A stretch of 64,000 nucleotides of DNA, from assembly GCA_013416795.1 (NCBI GenBank), contig RQSC01000974.1:1-64000 (forward strand). The letters run 5' to 3'. Positions 31,977 through 42,920 of the stretch are shown piece after piece (the stretch's first letter is position 1; every line of letters begins with the position of its first letter). Below the pieces are notes generated by a model. The model was given only the letters and a program-made list of their open reading frames with translations, searched no databases and had not been told where the DNA came from. The position numbers and the translations under genes are program-made. The stretch is from Prasinococcaceae sp. CCMP 1430 (taxonomy: Eukaryota; Plantae; Prasinodermophyta).

Positions 31977-34201
31977 TCAGCTCGCGATGTGCGAGGCGAT
32001 CTCTTCTCTGGCGAGCCACGCGTGGCACGCGCTGCCTGACAGAGACCCGTCGACCGCAGCGCTTACGATGCCCCCGGCGAAGCCCGCTCCCTCGCCGCAG
32101 GGGAACAAGCCGTCCACGCTTGTGCTTTGTCTGCTCTCGCGGTCGCGCTTTATCCACACAGGCGCGCTTGTGCGCGTCTCGGCGCCGATGAGCACCGCGT
32201 CGTGGCATGTGAAGCCGTCCAGCTGGCCGGCAAAGCGCGTCGCGGCAGTGCGCAGCGCCGCAGTCACGGCCTTCGGATAGATCTCCGACATGTCCGCGGG
32301 TGTCACGCCAAGACGGTAGCTCGTCTTGGGGAGGGTGGCGCTCGGGCCCGCGCTGCTCACAAAGTCCACCAGCCGCTGCGCGGGCGCTACCAGGTTGCCT
32401 CCGCCCAGTGCCGCTGCCCTGCGCTCGCAGTCAAGTTGCAACGCAAGCCCTGCCAGAACGCCATGCTCCTCCACGTACGGTTCCCAGTCACTCGCGCCCA
32501 CGCCGCATACCATGGCCGAGTTTGCCCACTGCGACCCCCGCAAGCTGAAGCTCATGCCGTTGACGCACAGCTCGTCCTTGGATACGCTCGTTGGCACAAC
32601 TTGCCCGCCTGGGCACATGCAAAACGAGTAGACGCTGCGCTCCTCCGTGCTGCCAGGCACTGGCACGGTGGCTGCAAGCGAGTAGCTTGCGACGGGCATC
32701 TTGCCGCGGCCGCGATGTACCTCTGCAGCGAGCTCGGGGCCGTACTGCGCGCTGTCGACGACAGTTTGCGGGTGCTCCACCCTGAAACCCATCGCAAAGG
32801 GCTTCGGCTCCAGCGCGATGCCCTGTTGGACGAAGTCCTCGTACAGTGTGCGCGCTGAGTGACCAGGCGCCAGTATAACGGCGTCCGCGGCGATGCTCTC
32901 ACCGTCTTGCATGCTCACACCTACAACGCGCCCAGAATCGACCTCGAGCCCCTTCACTTTTCTGTCGAACTCTACGCTCACCCCCAAATCAATTAGACGC
33001 CGCCTGAATGCGCGCAACAATCGGACGAGGTTGTCTGTGCCTAGGTGCGGCGCGCCCGACGTGAGGATGCGCTCGGGCGCACCGAAGCGCACGAGCGTCT
33101 CGAGTACGCGCCGTACGGACGCAGCGTTGCGCCCGATGCGCGTGGTGAGCTTCCCATCCGACCACGTGCCTGTCGTTCGACGGCGACAACGGCGTGTTAG
33201 CAGCGCGCATGCGAGCACGCGCGCGCGCTAGACAGAGACGGAGCGCTGCGCCTAGATATACTCCAGACCACGCACCTGCACCTCCTTCGCCGTAGCATAC
33301 GTTTGAGTCGGCATCGAGGACGCGACGCGAGAATAGTGCGCCGATGGAGCGCCCCCGCTTCTCCACGCCCTTGCCGCGCTCGAGCAGCCTGATGCGCACG
33401 TTGCTGCCACGCGCGGCCGCGGCAGCCTCGGCGAGCTCCAGAGCGGCAAATAGCCCCGCGGGCCCAGCCCCAATCACCACCACGTCCTTTGCGACTGAGG
33501 TCTGCACGTCGTCCTCTGGATGGCTGTCCGCGTCACCAGGCGAGCCCGCACTGCTCTCACGCACGTCGGCAGCGCAAAAGGCAGCAGCGGACACGTCTTC
33601 AGCGGAAAGCGGCTGCTGCCTTGGGCCGGCACGCAGCCTCCGCGCGCCGCACGTGCGCAGGCCATCGAGACTCACGTCCACAACATACGAAAACGTGGGC
33701 CTCTTTCCGCGGCGCGCGTCGACACTCTTGCGTGCTACCCGGCACGTGGCTGCGTCGGGCGGCGCGTTTGCGCCGAGGCGCGCCTGGAGGGCACACAGCA
33801 ACTCCTCTGAAACGCCGTACTCGTCCTTTCCTGGGTCATCCTCGGGAGAAACCTCCACGCCAAAGATGCGCCACGCCGCCACATCCTTGGGCACAGCGCC
33901 GTTTCCACCCTTGCTTCCTGAGTGGCCGCTCCCGCCGCGGCCGCCACCCCGCCTCTGCCTCCGCCCCCCTTGCCGCCGGCGCCCCTCGCAGCGCGCCCCA
34001 GTGCCTGCGCCTGCGCTCCCAGCTGCGCAGCGCGGCGGAGACCGATGGCAGCGCGGGTGTGGCCCCGCGCGCCACCCCCGCGACCGGCGGCGCCAGCAGC
34101 AGCGGCGCGCGAGGCGCAGCCGCAGCACCTGCGTGTGCCGAGGGTTTCGGGAGCCGCGCCTGGACAGGCCGAGTAACCCCGGTCTGAAAGCGTAAGGACA
34201 T
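31977..34201 (-). CDS. FAD/NAD(P)-dependent oxidoreductase (HI0933/YhiN-related, plant PDE327-like), probably plastid-targeted; 5' frame junction unresolved
   Basis: Exons about 34128-33276 and 33169-31977; VVVIGAGPAGLFAAL, GEGGAGTWSDGKLTTR, PHLGTD, GFRVEHPQ, VYSFCMCPGG, AETRTSAP, GEGAGFAGGIVSAAVDG. The ATG at 34201 needs either a 49-nt intron or a one-base G-run correction. Confidence 0.85.
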
Positions 34202-34438
34202 TGTCACCCCGGTCGAATCGACACTGATGGACCTGGTCAATCCTGACTGACCCGGTCTACGAAACATACACCTGCCTTCCGCTGTCGAGCGAGCGAACGC
34301 GAGCTCATGGTGCCGCGCCCACTGGCGGTGCCAGACGCGGAGCGAGTGAGGGGGTGGGGTGAGGGGAGGGAGGGAGAGAGCGCCGTGTGTGTGTTTGTGG
34401 GGCTGGAGTGGGTTGGGGTGGGGGGGGCTCAGGTGAAG

Positions 34439-35886
34439 ATGGCCGCGCGGGCGGCCGCAGCGCGCGCTGCCGCCGCGCACGCGCGCAGCGGTAGTGGCGG
34501 CGGCGGCGGCGGCAGCGGCAGCAGCAGCCGGCGGCGCTTTGGCGCCCGTCGGCAGTGCTCCACGGCGGCGGCGGCGACGACGGGGACGATGACTACAGCA
34601 GAGCAGCAGCAGCAGCAGCAGCCGCGATCGGTGGCGGTTATCGGTGCAGGCTTCGCGGGGCTGTCGGTGGCGTATCACCTGCTGCGCGACGCGCGTACAC
34701 CCGTTGCCGTGGATGTGTATGATGCGCGCGGCATCGGCGGCGGTGCATCGGCTGTCGCGGGCGGGCTGTTACACCCGCTCTCGCCGCGCGGCAAGCCGCT
34801 TTGGCGAGGCGAGGAAGCGTTCGGGTACGCTCGCGAGCTTGTGGCCGTCGCAGAGGCGGCAATGTCAGCCGACAAAGACGGCACGGTACGCGTGCTCGCG
34901 CGCCGCGATGGCGTACTGCGCCCCGCGCGCACACCCAAGCAGGCGCGCGACTTCGAGAAGTTCGCCGGCAGATATTCGCCGCTCGTCGGCCACGCAGATG
35001 GGGCCGAGGCGCAGGCGATCGTCAGGGGGCTCGCCGCGCCTGAGGGCGGTGCCGCGCTGCTGGCGCCAAGCGGAATGGTCATCGACTCTAGCGCGTATTT
35101 GCATGCGCTCTGGGACGCCGCGAAACAGCTACCCGGAGGGGGCAGGCTTGAGCTCGTTGAGCAGCGCGTCGGTACGTCGAGCGCTCTCACACGACACCCA
35201 TGCGCAAGCGCCTCTCCATATGCCTGACTTGCTGACACTTCGTCACTGCGGCGTCAGGCGCGCTCGCCGAGCTCAGCAGCTACGACGCAGTTGTGCTTGC
35301 TGCAGGCGCGGCGGTGAACTCGCTGCCGGAGACAGACGGGGTGCTGCCCATCACGCCGGTGGCGGGCCACGTGGTCGAGCTCGAGCCAGAGGATGGGGGC
35401 ACGGGGGGAGTATATCCAGAGGGCGCGCCGTCGCTGCTCGGCCCGACCTATCTCGCTTGGGCCGGAGAGCGCCTGTGTGTTGGCGCAACGAAGGAGTACG
35501 GAGAGATGGGCGCGGCTGCATCGGCAGCGAGCGGCGAGGCGCGCGGGGCCGCGGCGGACGAGGCGGCGGCGTTTCTACGCGCTGAGGCCGCACGGGTCTG
35601 GCCGCCAAGCGCGAGCTGGCGCACGCGACGCGTGCTGCGCGGCACGCGCGGCACGCCGCCGCGCACACCCGCTGGCGCCGTGCCACTCACAGGCTGCCTA
35701 AATGGCATGCGCGGTGATGAGGCAGTCGCCAGCGGCCAGGACTGGTGGCTCCTCGGGGGTCTCGGTGCGAGAGGGCTGGTGTACCACGGCCTGCTCGGAC
35801 GCAGCGTCGCCGACGCCGTGCTAGGGCGCGACGCGTCGCGGCTATTCGAGGAGACCATCGCGTGGCAGTCGTCCAGCTCCTCTTAG
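34439..35886 (+). CDS. FAD-dependent oxidoreductase, DAO/MnmC C-terminal-like family, 2 exons
   Basis: Exons 34439-35171 and 35258-35886; VAVIGAGFAGLSVAYHL, GASAVAGGLLHP, DAVVLAAGA, GGLGARGLVYHGLLG. An alternative in-frame ATG lies at 34307. Confidence 0.85.
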
Positions 35887-35966
35887 TAATTTGACTAATT
35901 TTGTTGTTGTACATCTCGTTTACCTGTCCTAGCGTGCGCCACCCCCACTCCACGCGCGCACGTCGT

Positions 35967-36700
35967 TCAGGCCTCGTCGGCCTGCAGATTGCTGTAGATT
36001 TCACGCAGGACGGCCTGCTCCTCGTTGGCTGGCGGCTCCTCGGCCTCCAGTCGCCCATACTCGTTCACCGACAGACCTCCGTGAGACAGGCCAGGCACGA
36101 AGACGCCGTCCAATTCGCGAATGGCGGTGTCGCTCGAGGCTGCCTTGGCAAAAGTCACGAAACCGAAGCCGCGGCTGTAGCCCTCAGCGTCGCAAACGAC
36201 CTTGGCGTCTACGACTGCGCCATACGCCCCCGCAAGTTCCTCGAGGTCCTCAGAGGTTGCACTGAACTTAAGATTCCCGAAGTAGAGCTTCACGTGGCGG
36301 CGACCGCCGGCGCGCCGAACTGGACCGCTCCCGCGCGCGCCTGTGTTGCTACCGCTCGCGGCGGCCGCCGCTGCAGGTGGTTTGGACGCATAGTTGGCGC
36401 GCATTGGCCGCCCGTCGACCTCGGTGCCGGGCAGGCCGGCGACAGCTGCGGCTGCACAGTCGCTGGCCTCAAATGTGACGAAGCCAAACCCCCGGTGCTG
36501 CATTTTTTTGGAGCCGCGGTCACGCGGAAGCTCGACGCTCGCGACGGCGCCGTAGCGCTCGCACTCGCTTCGCACGGCGTCCTCCATCTCGGGCAGCGAG
36601 AGCTTCCAGCTGAGGTCCCCAACAAAGATGCGGCGCGCGCTCTCCTCGGCCGCGGCGGCCGCGGCGCGTGTCGCAGCTCGTCGGGCTCGTGCGCCTGCTC
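35967..36700 (-). CDS. Two-RRM RNA-binding protein (organellar cpRNP-like); start codon not found
   Basis: RRIFVGDLSW (RNP2) and HRGFGFVTF (RNP1); second RRM KLYFGNL and RGFGFVTF. The frame stays open upstream of the ATG at 36587 to about 36710 without an ATG. Confidence 0.8.
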
Positions 36701-36909
36701 GCGGCGATGTTCAAAAAGGGAACACCCCAAGGATCCAAAACCTCGATTCCTTTTGGAGGCCACATAGCTCCAATTTCTACAGTGGGATGCATGGCTTTCT
36801 CCCAGAAACGGCCTTGAAATAAAAACCGCGTAATAAAAAAGTGAGTTATTATATGGGGGCGGGGCGGAAAGCTGCGGAAGGTTGCGCACTGCGCGCCCAC
36901 TCCCGCGAG

Positions 36910-38061
36910 CTAGCGCCTCGACCCGCGCCTGCTCAAGCGCGGCTGGCCGCGCTGGCCTGCGGCTTTGGCCTCCTCGAGGGCCCTGTTCACCTCGGCCGCC
37001 TCGACGGCCGCGGCGATCTCCTCGAGCGCGCCGGCGGTCGGAGCGCCGGTGCGCACGAAGTGGCCGAGGAACTCCACGTTTCCTTCCTTCCTGCCCGCCA
37101 CCGGTGAGTCGATGACACCGCGCAGCTCGAATCCGAAAGCGCACACGTCGTCGGTCACCTCCCGCATGATGGCCTGCCGCGTGGCCTCGTCGCGCACCAC
37201 ACCGCCCTTCCCCAGCCGCTGTCGCCCCGCCTCGAACTGCGGCTTGATGAGCACCGCCAGCTGCGGCGCAGACGCGTCGCCACAGCCTGGCTCCTCCTCA
37301 ACGCCGTCCTCGCACGGGTCCTCTTCACTGTGCACGCCTTTGCCCCCGCGCGTGCGTGTGTGTGTTGGCTCGCGTAGCGCCGCACAGACCGCAGGCATGC
37401 ACTTGCGCACGCCTATGAAGCTCAAGTCAAGCGTGGCAATGTCACACGGCTCGCCAACGCCGTCCATCAGGTAGCGCAAGTTGGTGCGCTCCATCACCAC
37501 GACGCCGTCGTCGACGCGCACCTGCGCGAGTGTGCGCATGCGAAGGGACGCGCACACGTGTGAGCACGTGCGAGTGCGTGCGCGGGAGCGGGGGTGGGCT
37601 CACGCGGACGCTTGCGCTGCGTCTTTCGCACCTTTTCCGCCACCTGGCCGTACCCAACGTCCACGCCATACACTTTGCTCGCGCCGTGCTGCCTCAGGCA
37701 GTCTGCGAAGCCGCCCGTCGAGAGCCCCGCGTCGAGCACTACTGCGCCGGCGCCCACAGCATCGCGCAGTGGCGCGAACGCCTCCAGCGCAGCCTCCAGC
37801 TTGAGGCCCGCGCGCGACACGTAGCGCGGCACCTCGGCCGTGAGCACGATGTCGTCGACCCCCTGCGCGCCCGGGTCGTCATCCGCGGCATCGAGCACCT
37901 TGGTCCCCGCCTTCGTGACCGGCTTCCCGCCCACGAACACCTTACCCTGCGCGATGAACGACTGCAGCGCCGACTTTGAGTGCTCGGGGAAGCGGCGCGC
38001 GCACGCGTCGTCCAGCCGCCGGCGGACGGGTTTGCCGCCCGCGGGCCGCGCGCCCGCGCCG
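36910..38061 (-). CDS. tlyA: TlyA-family (S4 + FtsJ) rRNA 2'-O-methyltransferase/hemolysin-A-like; 5' end in the N gap
   Basis: RRRLDD S4 domain, YVSRAGLKLEAAL, LDAGLSTGGFADCL, VYGVDVGYGQ, intron 37631-37522, DLSFI, LIKPQFEAG, GNVEFL. Confidence 0.9.
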
Positions 38062-38267
38062 NNNNNNNNNNNNNNNNNNNNNNNNNNNNNNNNNNNNNNN
38101 NNNNNNNNNNNNNNNNNNNNNNNNNNNNNNNNNNNNNNNNNNNNNNNNNNNNNNNNNNNNNNNNNNNNNNNNNNNNNNNNNNNNNNNNNNNNNNNNNNNN
38201 NNNNNNNNNNNNNNNNNNNNNNNNNNNNNNNNNNNNNNNNNNNNNNNNNNNNNNNNNNNNNNNNNNN

Positions 38268-38979
38268 GAGGCGCGCCGCAGCGGGCGCGGCGGCGGCAAA
38301 GGCGTTCGCGCCGTTCGCTGCGCCCGCCACGCGAGGCGCGGCGGGTGACGAGGGGGGCGACGGAGGCGAGGATGGGGGAGCGCGAGGGAGCGAGGACGCT
38401 CAGCAGATACTCACGAAGGGAGGGGCATCAGACGACACGCAGGGGGAGGAATCCAAGCCCGAGCTAAAGCTACGAGCAGGTGCTGGGCTGTCGGTGCGTG
38501 AGGCGTACTCGAGACGCGGTGCTGCCGCCGCCAAGCACGCGGAAGAGGCAGCAAGGGCTGTCGCAAAGCCCTCCAACCGCGAGCTTCTGCGAAAGTCTGG
38601 CTTTCTCGAGGACGCGGGTGACTACGATAGTGCGGAGGAGGATGGCGACGGCCTTGCCACTGAGGGTGGCACGGACGGCACGCTGGGAGTCGCCCCGAGC
38701 GGCGGCGTTGATTATGCAGGCATTCTGGCGGCCCGTCGGCGCGCCCAGGCTGACGCAGCGGCGGCGAAGGCGAAGGCTGCGCGTGAGGACGAGGAGCGCC
38801 ACGAGGCGCCCGACCGCGCGGGCCGCGCTGCCAAGCAGGCCCAGGCGCGGAGGCTCACTGCCGAAGAGCGCGCCAAGCGACCTGCGGCACCCGACGCCGC
38901 TGTCAATGCCAAGTATGGCAAGGCCAAGCGCAGCCGCGTGCAGAGCCGCGGGGGCGAACGATCGATAAACTTCAAATGA
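38268..38979 (+). CDS. 3' part of a hypothetical protein (5' end in the gap); C-terminus weakly reminiscent of plant RRP6L2
   Basis: Open GC3-rich frame from the gap to TGA 38977-38979, ending KRSRVQSRGGERSINFK. The family assignment is a weak recollection only. Confidence 0.6.
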
Positions 38980-39115
38980 ATGTGCCCGCCGCCGCGCCGT
39001 CGCCGCATGCTGCGCCACGCGGGGCGCTCCCAACGAGTTTCTGAGTAGGTCGACCTATAGCATGTTAGTGTAGACTACGTATGGTACACACATCTCTATG
39101 ATACACACGCCTCCT

Positions 39116-40537
39116 CTAGTTTTTCACTTGGATGTCAGGCTCGGCCTTGGCCTTGCGCATGGCGATCTCCGCCTTCAGCGCAGCATGTCCGAGTTCCTCT
39201 TTCTCGCCCTTCGTGCCGCGCACGAAGTACTTGCGGTGCCGTGACTTCCGCGAGGCCTGGCGCTTGCGCGGCTCGATGGCGCCTGAACGCTGCAAGCCCT
39301 TGTAGCGATCCATGAGGACCGCCGGGCAGGGCTTAAGCCTGCGCATGGGCACATGCGTCTCGTCCTCCGTAAGTACCTGCAGCGGCATGTCCTCGAAGCG
39401 CTCCTTGGCCAGTCGCAACGGCTCCGCACGCGCTGCGCGCGCCTCGGCAGCTGCCGCGAGCTCCTCGGCGCGCTCACGCTTCTCACGCTTGAGCTGCTTG
39501 ACGATGGCGCCCGCCTGGTTGATATCCTTGCCCATGCGCTTCTCCGCGCGCGCCCGCTCGAGCTCTTTCTCGAGCTCTGCTGCCCGCCGTTTCTTGTTGC
39601 GCTGCGCGCGCGTCAGCTTGCCCTTGTTGCGCTTGGCTGCAGCCACCGCAGCGAGGTCGACGTCGTCTTCGCTTTCGTCGCCCTCGCCGTCGCTGCCCTT
39701 CTCGCCGTCAGCGCCGGGCAGCGCGCCCGCTCCGCTGAGCACGATATCCTGAACTGCCGCGTCGACGGGCATCAGGTAGCCTCCCTTGGGTGCGCGCGTG
39801 GCACCGCGGAAGATGTCCTCGCGCAGCTGCTTCTGCACCTCGGCCGCGACGGCCGCCGCGACCGCGTCCTGCCGCTGCTCCTCGTCAGGGTTGTAGGAGC
39901 AGCCCGCGGGGTCGACGGCAACAGCGTTGAGGCGCGGGCGCACCACCTCCTGCGCCGGGGCGGCGGGAGGCAGGCCAAATTTGCCGCTGCGCTTGCCGCT
40001 GTAGTCATTCGCGGCCGCCAGCGCCTGCTCGCCCGAGCCCCACAGGTCGAAGCTGCCCGCGCTGCCCTTGGCACCCGCCTTGGTGCCCGCGGCAGCTGCG
40101 GCCGCGTCGACGAGCGCGCGCGCCTCCTCGGCACTGAGCTTCTTCGTTTGCGCCTTCTTGGCACGCCCCTTGTCGATGCCCCTCTCGGGGCGTAGCATGG
40201 GCGCGTGCGATTTGTCCAGGTTGGCGAAGCACTTGAGCGCCTTCTCAGCGCGCCGCCGCTTGCCGGCCTGGCGCGCGCCCCCCTCGTCCTCAAAGAAGAG
40301 CTCGTCGTCGTCCTTGGCCTCGACGGCGGCCCTCGCGCCGTAGCGGAAGACTTCGTCGGCCTCGTGCTTCACCGCCGCCTCGAGCTCCGCCGTGTCGATG
40401 TTCTTGCGCCACGAGCGCTTGCCATTGCGCGCGTTCTTCCTCGCGCTCGTGCTGCGGCCGCCCGCGCCGACCACGCGGTGCGCCGCGCGCGTGAGCGCCG
40501 CCTTGGCGGCCTTGCTCCCCGTCCTCGCCTTCGGCAT
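39116..40537 (-). CDS. NOP53: Ribosome biogenesis protein NOP53/GLTSCR2
   Basis: KRSWRKNID, LFFED, SYNP..Q.DAV, RRLKP...MDRYKGLQRSGAIEPR. Confidence 0.88.
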   Translation of the reverse strand: MPKARTGSKAAKAALTRAAHRVVGAGGRSTSARKNARNGKRSWRKNIDTAELEAAVKHEADEVFRYGARAAVEAKDDDELFFEDEGGARQAGKRRRAEKALKCFANLDKSHAPMLRPERGIDKGRAKKAQTKKLSAEEARALVDAAAAAAGTKAGAKGSAGSFDLWGSGEQALAAANDYSGKRSGKFGLPPAAPAQEVVRPRLNAVAVDPAGCSYNPDEEQRQDAVAAAVAAEVQKQLREDIFRGATRAPKGGYLMPVDAAVQDIVLSGAGALPGADGEKGSDGEGDESEDDVDLAAVAAAKRNKGKLTRAQRNKKRRAAELEKELERARAEKRMGKDINQAGAIVKQLKREKRERAEELAAAAEARAARAEPLRLAKERFEDMPLQVLTEDETHVPMRRLKPCPAVLMDRYKGLQRSGAIEPRKRQASRKSRHRKYFVRGTKGEKEELGHAALKAEIAMRKAKAEPDIQVKN

Positions 40538-40654
40538 GGCGCCGGCCGCGCCTCTCGGCCCCTCGAGGGACGGAGTCGGCTCACAAACAACTCAGCGCGT
40601 GCGTGCGCGCCTGTGCGGGTGAGGGGGTGAGGGAGGGGGGGGAATGGCGCGCAC

Positions 40655-40656
<2 letters not shown>

Positions 40657-40698
<42 letters not shown>
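40657..40698. repeat. Poly(C) run of about 42 nt (G-quadruplex-capable on the minus strand)
   Basis: Directly visible about 120 bp upstream of the NOP53 ATG. Confidence 0.9.
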
Positions 40699-40700
<2 letters not shown>

Positions 40701-40783
40701 CCTCTCACCCGCCCGCCAGCCGCCGCGCACACCATCGGAACGGCGGCTGGCGGCTGGCCCTCGCACCGGCGGCTCGGTCGCTC

Positions 40784-40821
40784 GGGTTAGGGTTGTAATT
40801 AGGGTTCAAATATATAGGGTT
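40784..40821 (-). promoter_or_regulatory. Three telo-box-like motifs (AACCCTAW) upstream of NOP53
   Basis: gggttagggtt..ttagggtt..atagggtt on the + strand. Telo-boxes are known from plant ribosome-biogenesis promoters; function here is inferred. Confidence 0.5.
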
Positions 40822-41850
40822 ATGATTACGTGAATCCAACCAACCGATGCCTTGTCCCGTGAATGATAGGTGATCCCCGTCCACGAGCTGCTCCGCGCGG
40901 AGCTTCCGAAGTTCCCATGCCCCGAAATGATTGCCGAGTCATCTCGTCCACGACCAAAGAATGAAGAGCACCGTCCTGGATCCGTCCCTCGGTCGGGGCG
41001 GGGCGCCCCGCACCAACGTTGGCGCGGGGGCGGTCAAAGTCGGGGTTCGATTGACGGTCTGCAGGCGCCCTCGCAGTCAGCGGCCGCGCGGCGCTTCCGC
41101 TGCCGCGCGCGCGCCGTTCGCGCGCAAGTCGGCAGCGGACGCGCGGAGGTCGCCGCGGAGCGGAGCGGAGCAGGGCGGAGCGGGGCGCAGGCGGCGCGCT
41201 CAGGCGACGCGCCCGCGGAGCGGGGCTCGGGGCTATTCGAGATGAGCGTCATACGCCGGCACAAGCGGCTATTTGGGAGGCACCAGCACAAGGAGCTGGA
41301 CAGCACTATCCCCATGGTGGCATCTAACCCCTGGCTCGTGTCTGGCTCGGTTGTCATGCCTTTCGAGAAGAGTGGCTCATCGTGCGCCGACTCGGCCGAC
41401 TCGCCGCCCAATGCGCCGCTGCCCACCGGGCGGCCGCCAAAGCCACCCATCATGGCCTTCGCGGCAACGACCGGCGGCCTACTCGTGGCCTCGCTGTTCT
41501 GAGCCGGAGGCTCGGAGCCAAGCCCTTCAGTACTTGCACCCCCTCGAAGCAAAGGGGAACAAATACGAGGACATACCAATGATCAACAACCGACTACCAC
41601 GCACCACCGATGCTACTTTCTTCACGCAGAAGCTCCTGCACATGATTCTTTGCGCACGCGGTGGTGAGCACCCCATTCGGAGCCACCACTACTGCACACT
41701 CTCGGCTGTACGCAGTGTCGGCATGACGAGCACATGCTGCACTTGTCCATGTTCGTCCTCGAGAGCACTATTGTAAACATACTGACCTGTGAACACCAGC
41801 CTGCACGGGCGCGTATTAATCTAGCTAGCCAGCGCGGCGCGGCGCGTTCG

Positions 41851-42920
41851 CTACTCGAATTTGCGCAGCGCGTCCTCGAACTTTGTCATCTCGAAGCCCA
41901 GCGCGGTCTCGGTGTCCTTGCTGTCCATTGATATGTCCGGCGGTGACGCGACGCCCCGATTGACGCTCTTCGCCGGCGCGGGCAAGATTGCTGCGTCTGA
42001 GAGGCCGCGGACGCGCGCCACCGCGCGTGCCATATCCACACGAGAGAGCCGCTCAGGCCCACCGAAGTTATATGTGTGCACGTTGCCGTCCGCTGTAGGT
42101 ATGATGGCATGTGGACATGTGGACGTGGCATGGGTGTTAGCTGTTTGAAAAGTCTCGCACGTCGCACGCTCGCTCGCACGCACGGTGAGGCGGCGGCCAG
42201 GATCCGAGCGCCGTGAGTGGCGCAACCCACCTCGTTCCACCAGCGCCTCAATGGCAGTCACGAAGTCCCTGACGAACACCGGGCAGCGCCACTCATCGTC
42301 GAAGAACGTGGTGGGATCACCCTTTCGCAGAGCGCCCTCGACGAATTGCAGGAAGAGCGCGCGCCCGACAGAGGCGTATGGCGTTGCGGGCCCGTAGATG
42401 ATCGAGGATCGCAGGATGGCGGCACCGCCGGCGGGTGCCGCGGCCACTATGTCCTTCTCCGCAGCGAGCTGCGGCGCGCAGGGTGGTGCGTCAGCAGGGA
42501 GGTGCGGGCGCGACGTAGGCAATGAGGCAAGCTCGCCAGTGCAAGCCTGCCACGCCGCTGCTCAAGCGCATGCGCTCTCGCGCAACAGACCTTGGAACGG
42601 CCGTACTCGTTGACAGGCTCGGTGGCGTCACCGACACCCCAGTGCGCCTTGGTGCCGGCATAGACTTGGTCGGTGGAGATGTGCACGAAGAACGGCTGAA
42701 CGCCAGCTTCGGCGAGCGCATGTAGGGATGCGGCGGGCGAGTTGACGATGCGGGCGGCCTCGGGGTCCTCTTCGCACGCCCTGGGCTGAGAGATTGCCAC
42801 GCAGTTGACCACCACGTCCACCCGGTTCTCGAGCGCCGCCATCGCCAGCGCCGCGCAGCCGGCGTCGCCGCGCACGTCCGCCCGCACGCCGGTCGCGCCC
42901 GCCGCGAGGGGGCGAGTCAT
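41851..42920 (-). CDS. RmlD/MAT2B-like NAD(P)-binding (dTDP-4-dehydrorhamnose reductase family) protein lacking its N-terminal Rossmann segment
   Basis: Exons about 42920-42591, 42468-42231 and 42092-41851; VVVNCVAISQPRACEEDP, HISTDQVY, VNEYGRSK, LRSSIIYG, FDDEWRCPVFVRD, GGPERLSR, SPPDISMD. Confidence 0.82.

Noticed and set aside
36771-36785. AATTTCTAC resembling a Cas12a repeat stem
   Set aside because: Single copy, no array; a chance 9-mer.
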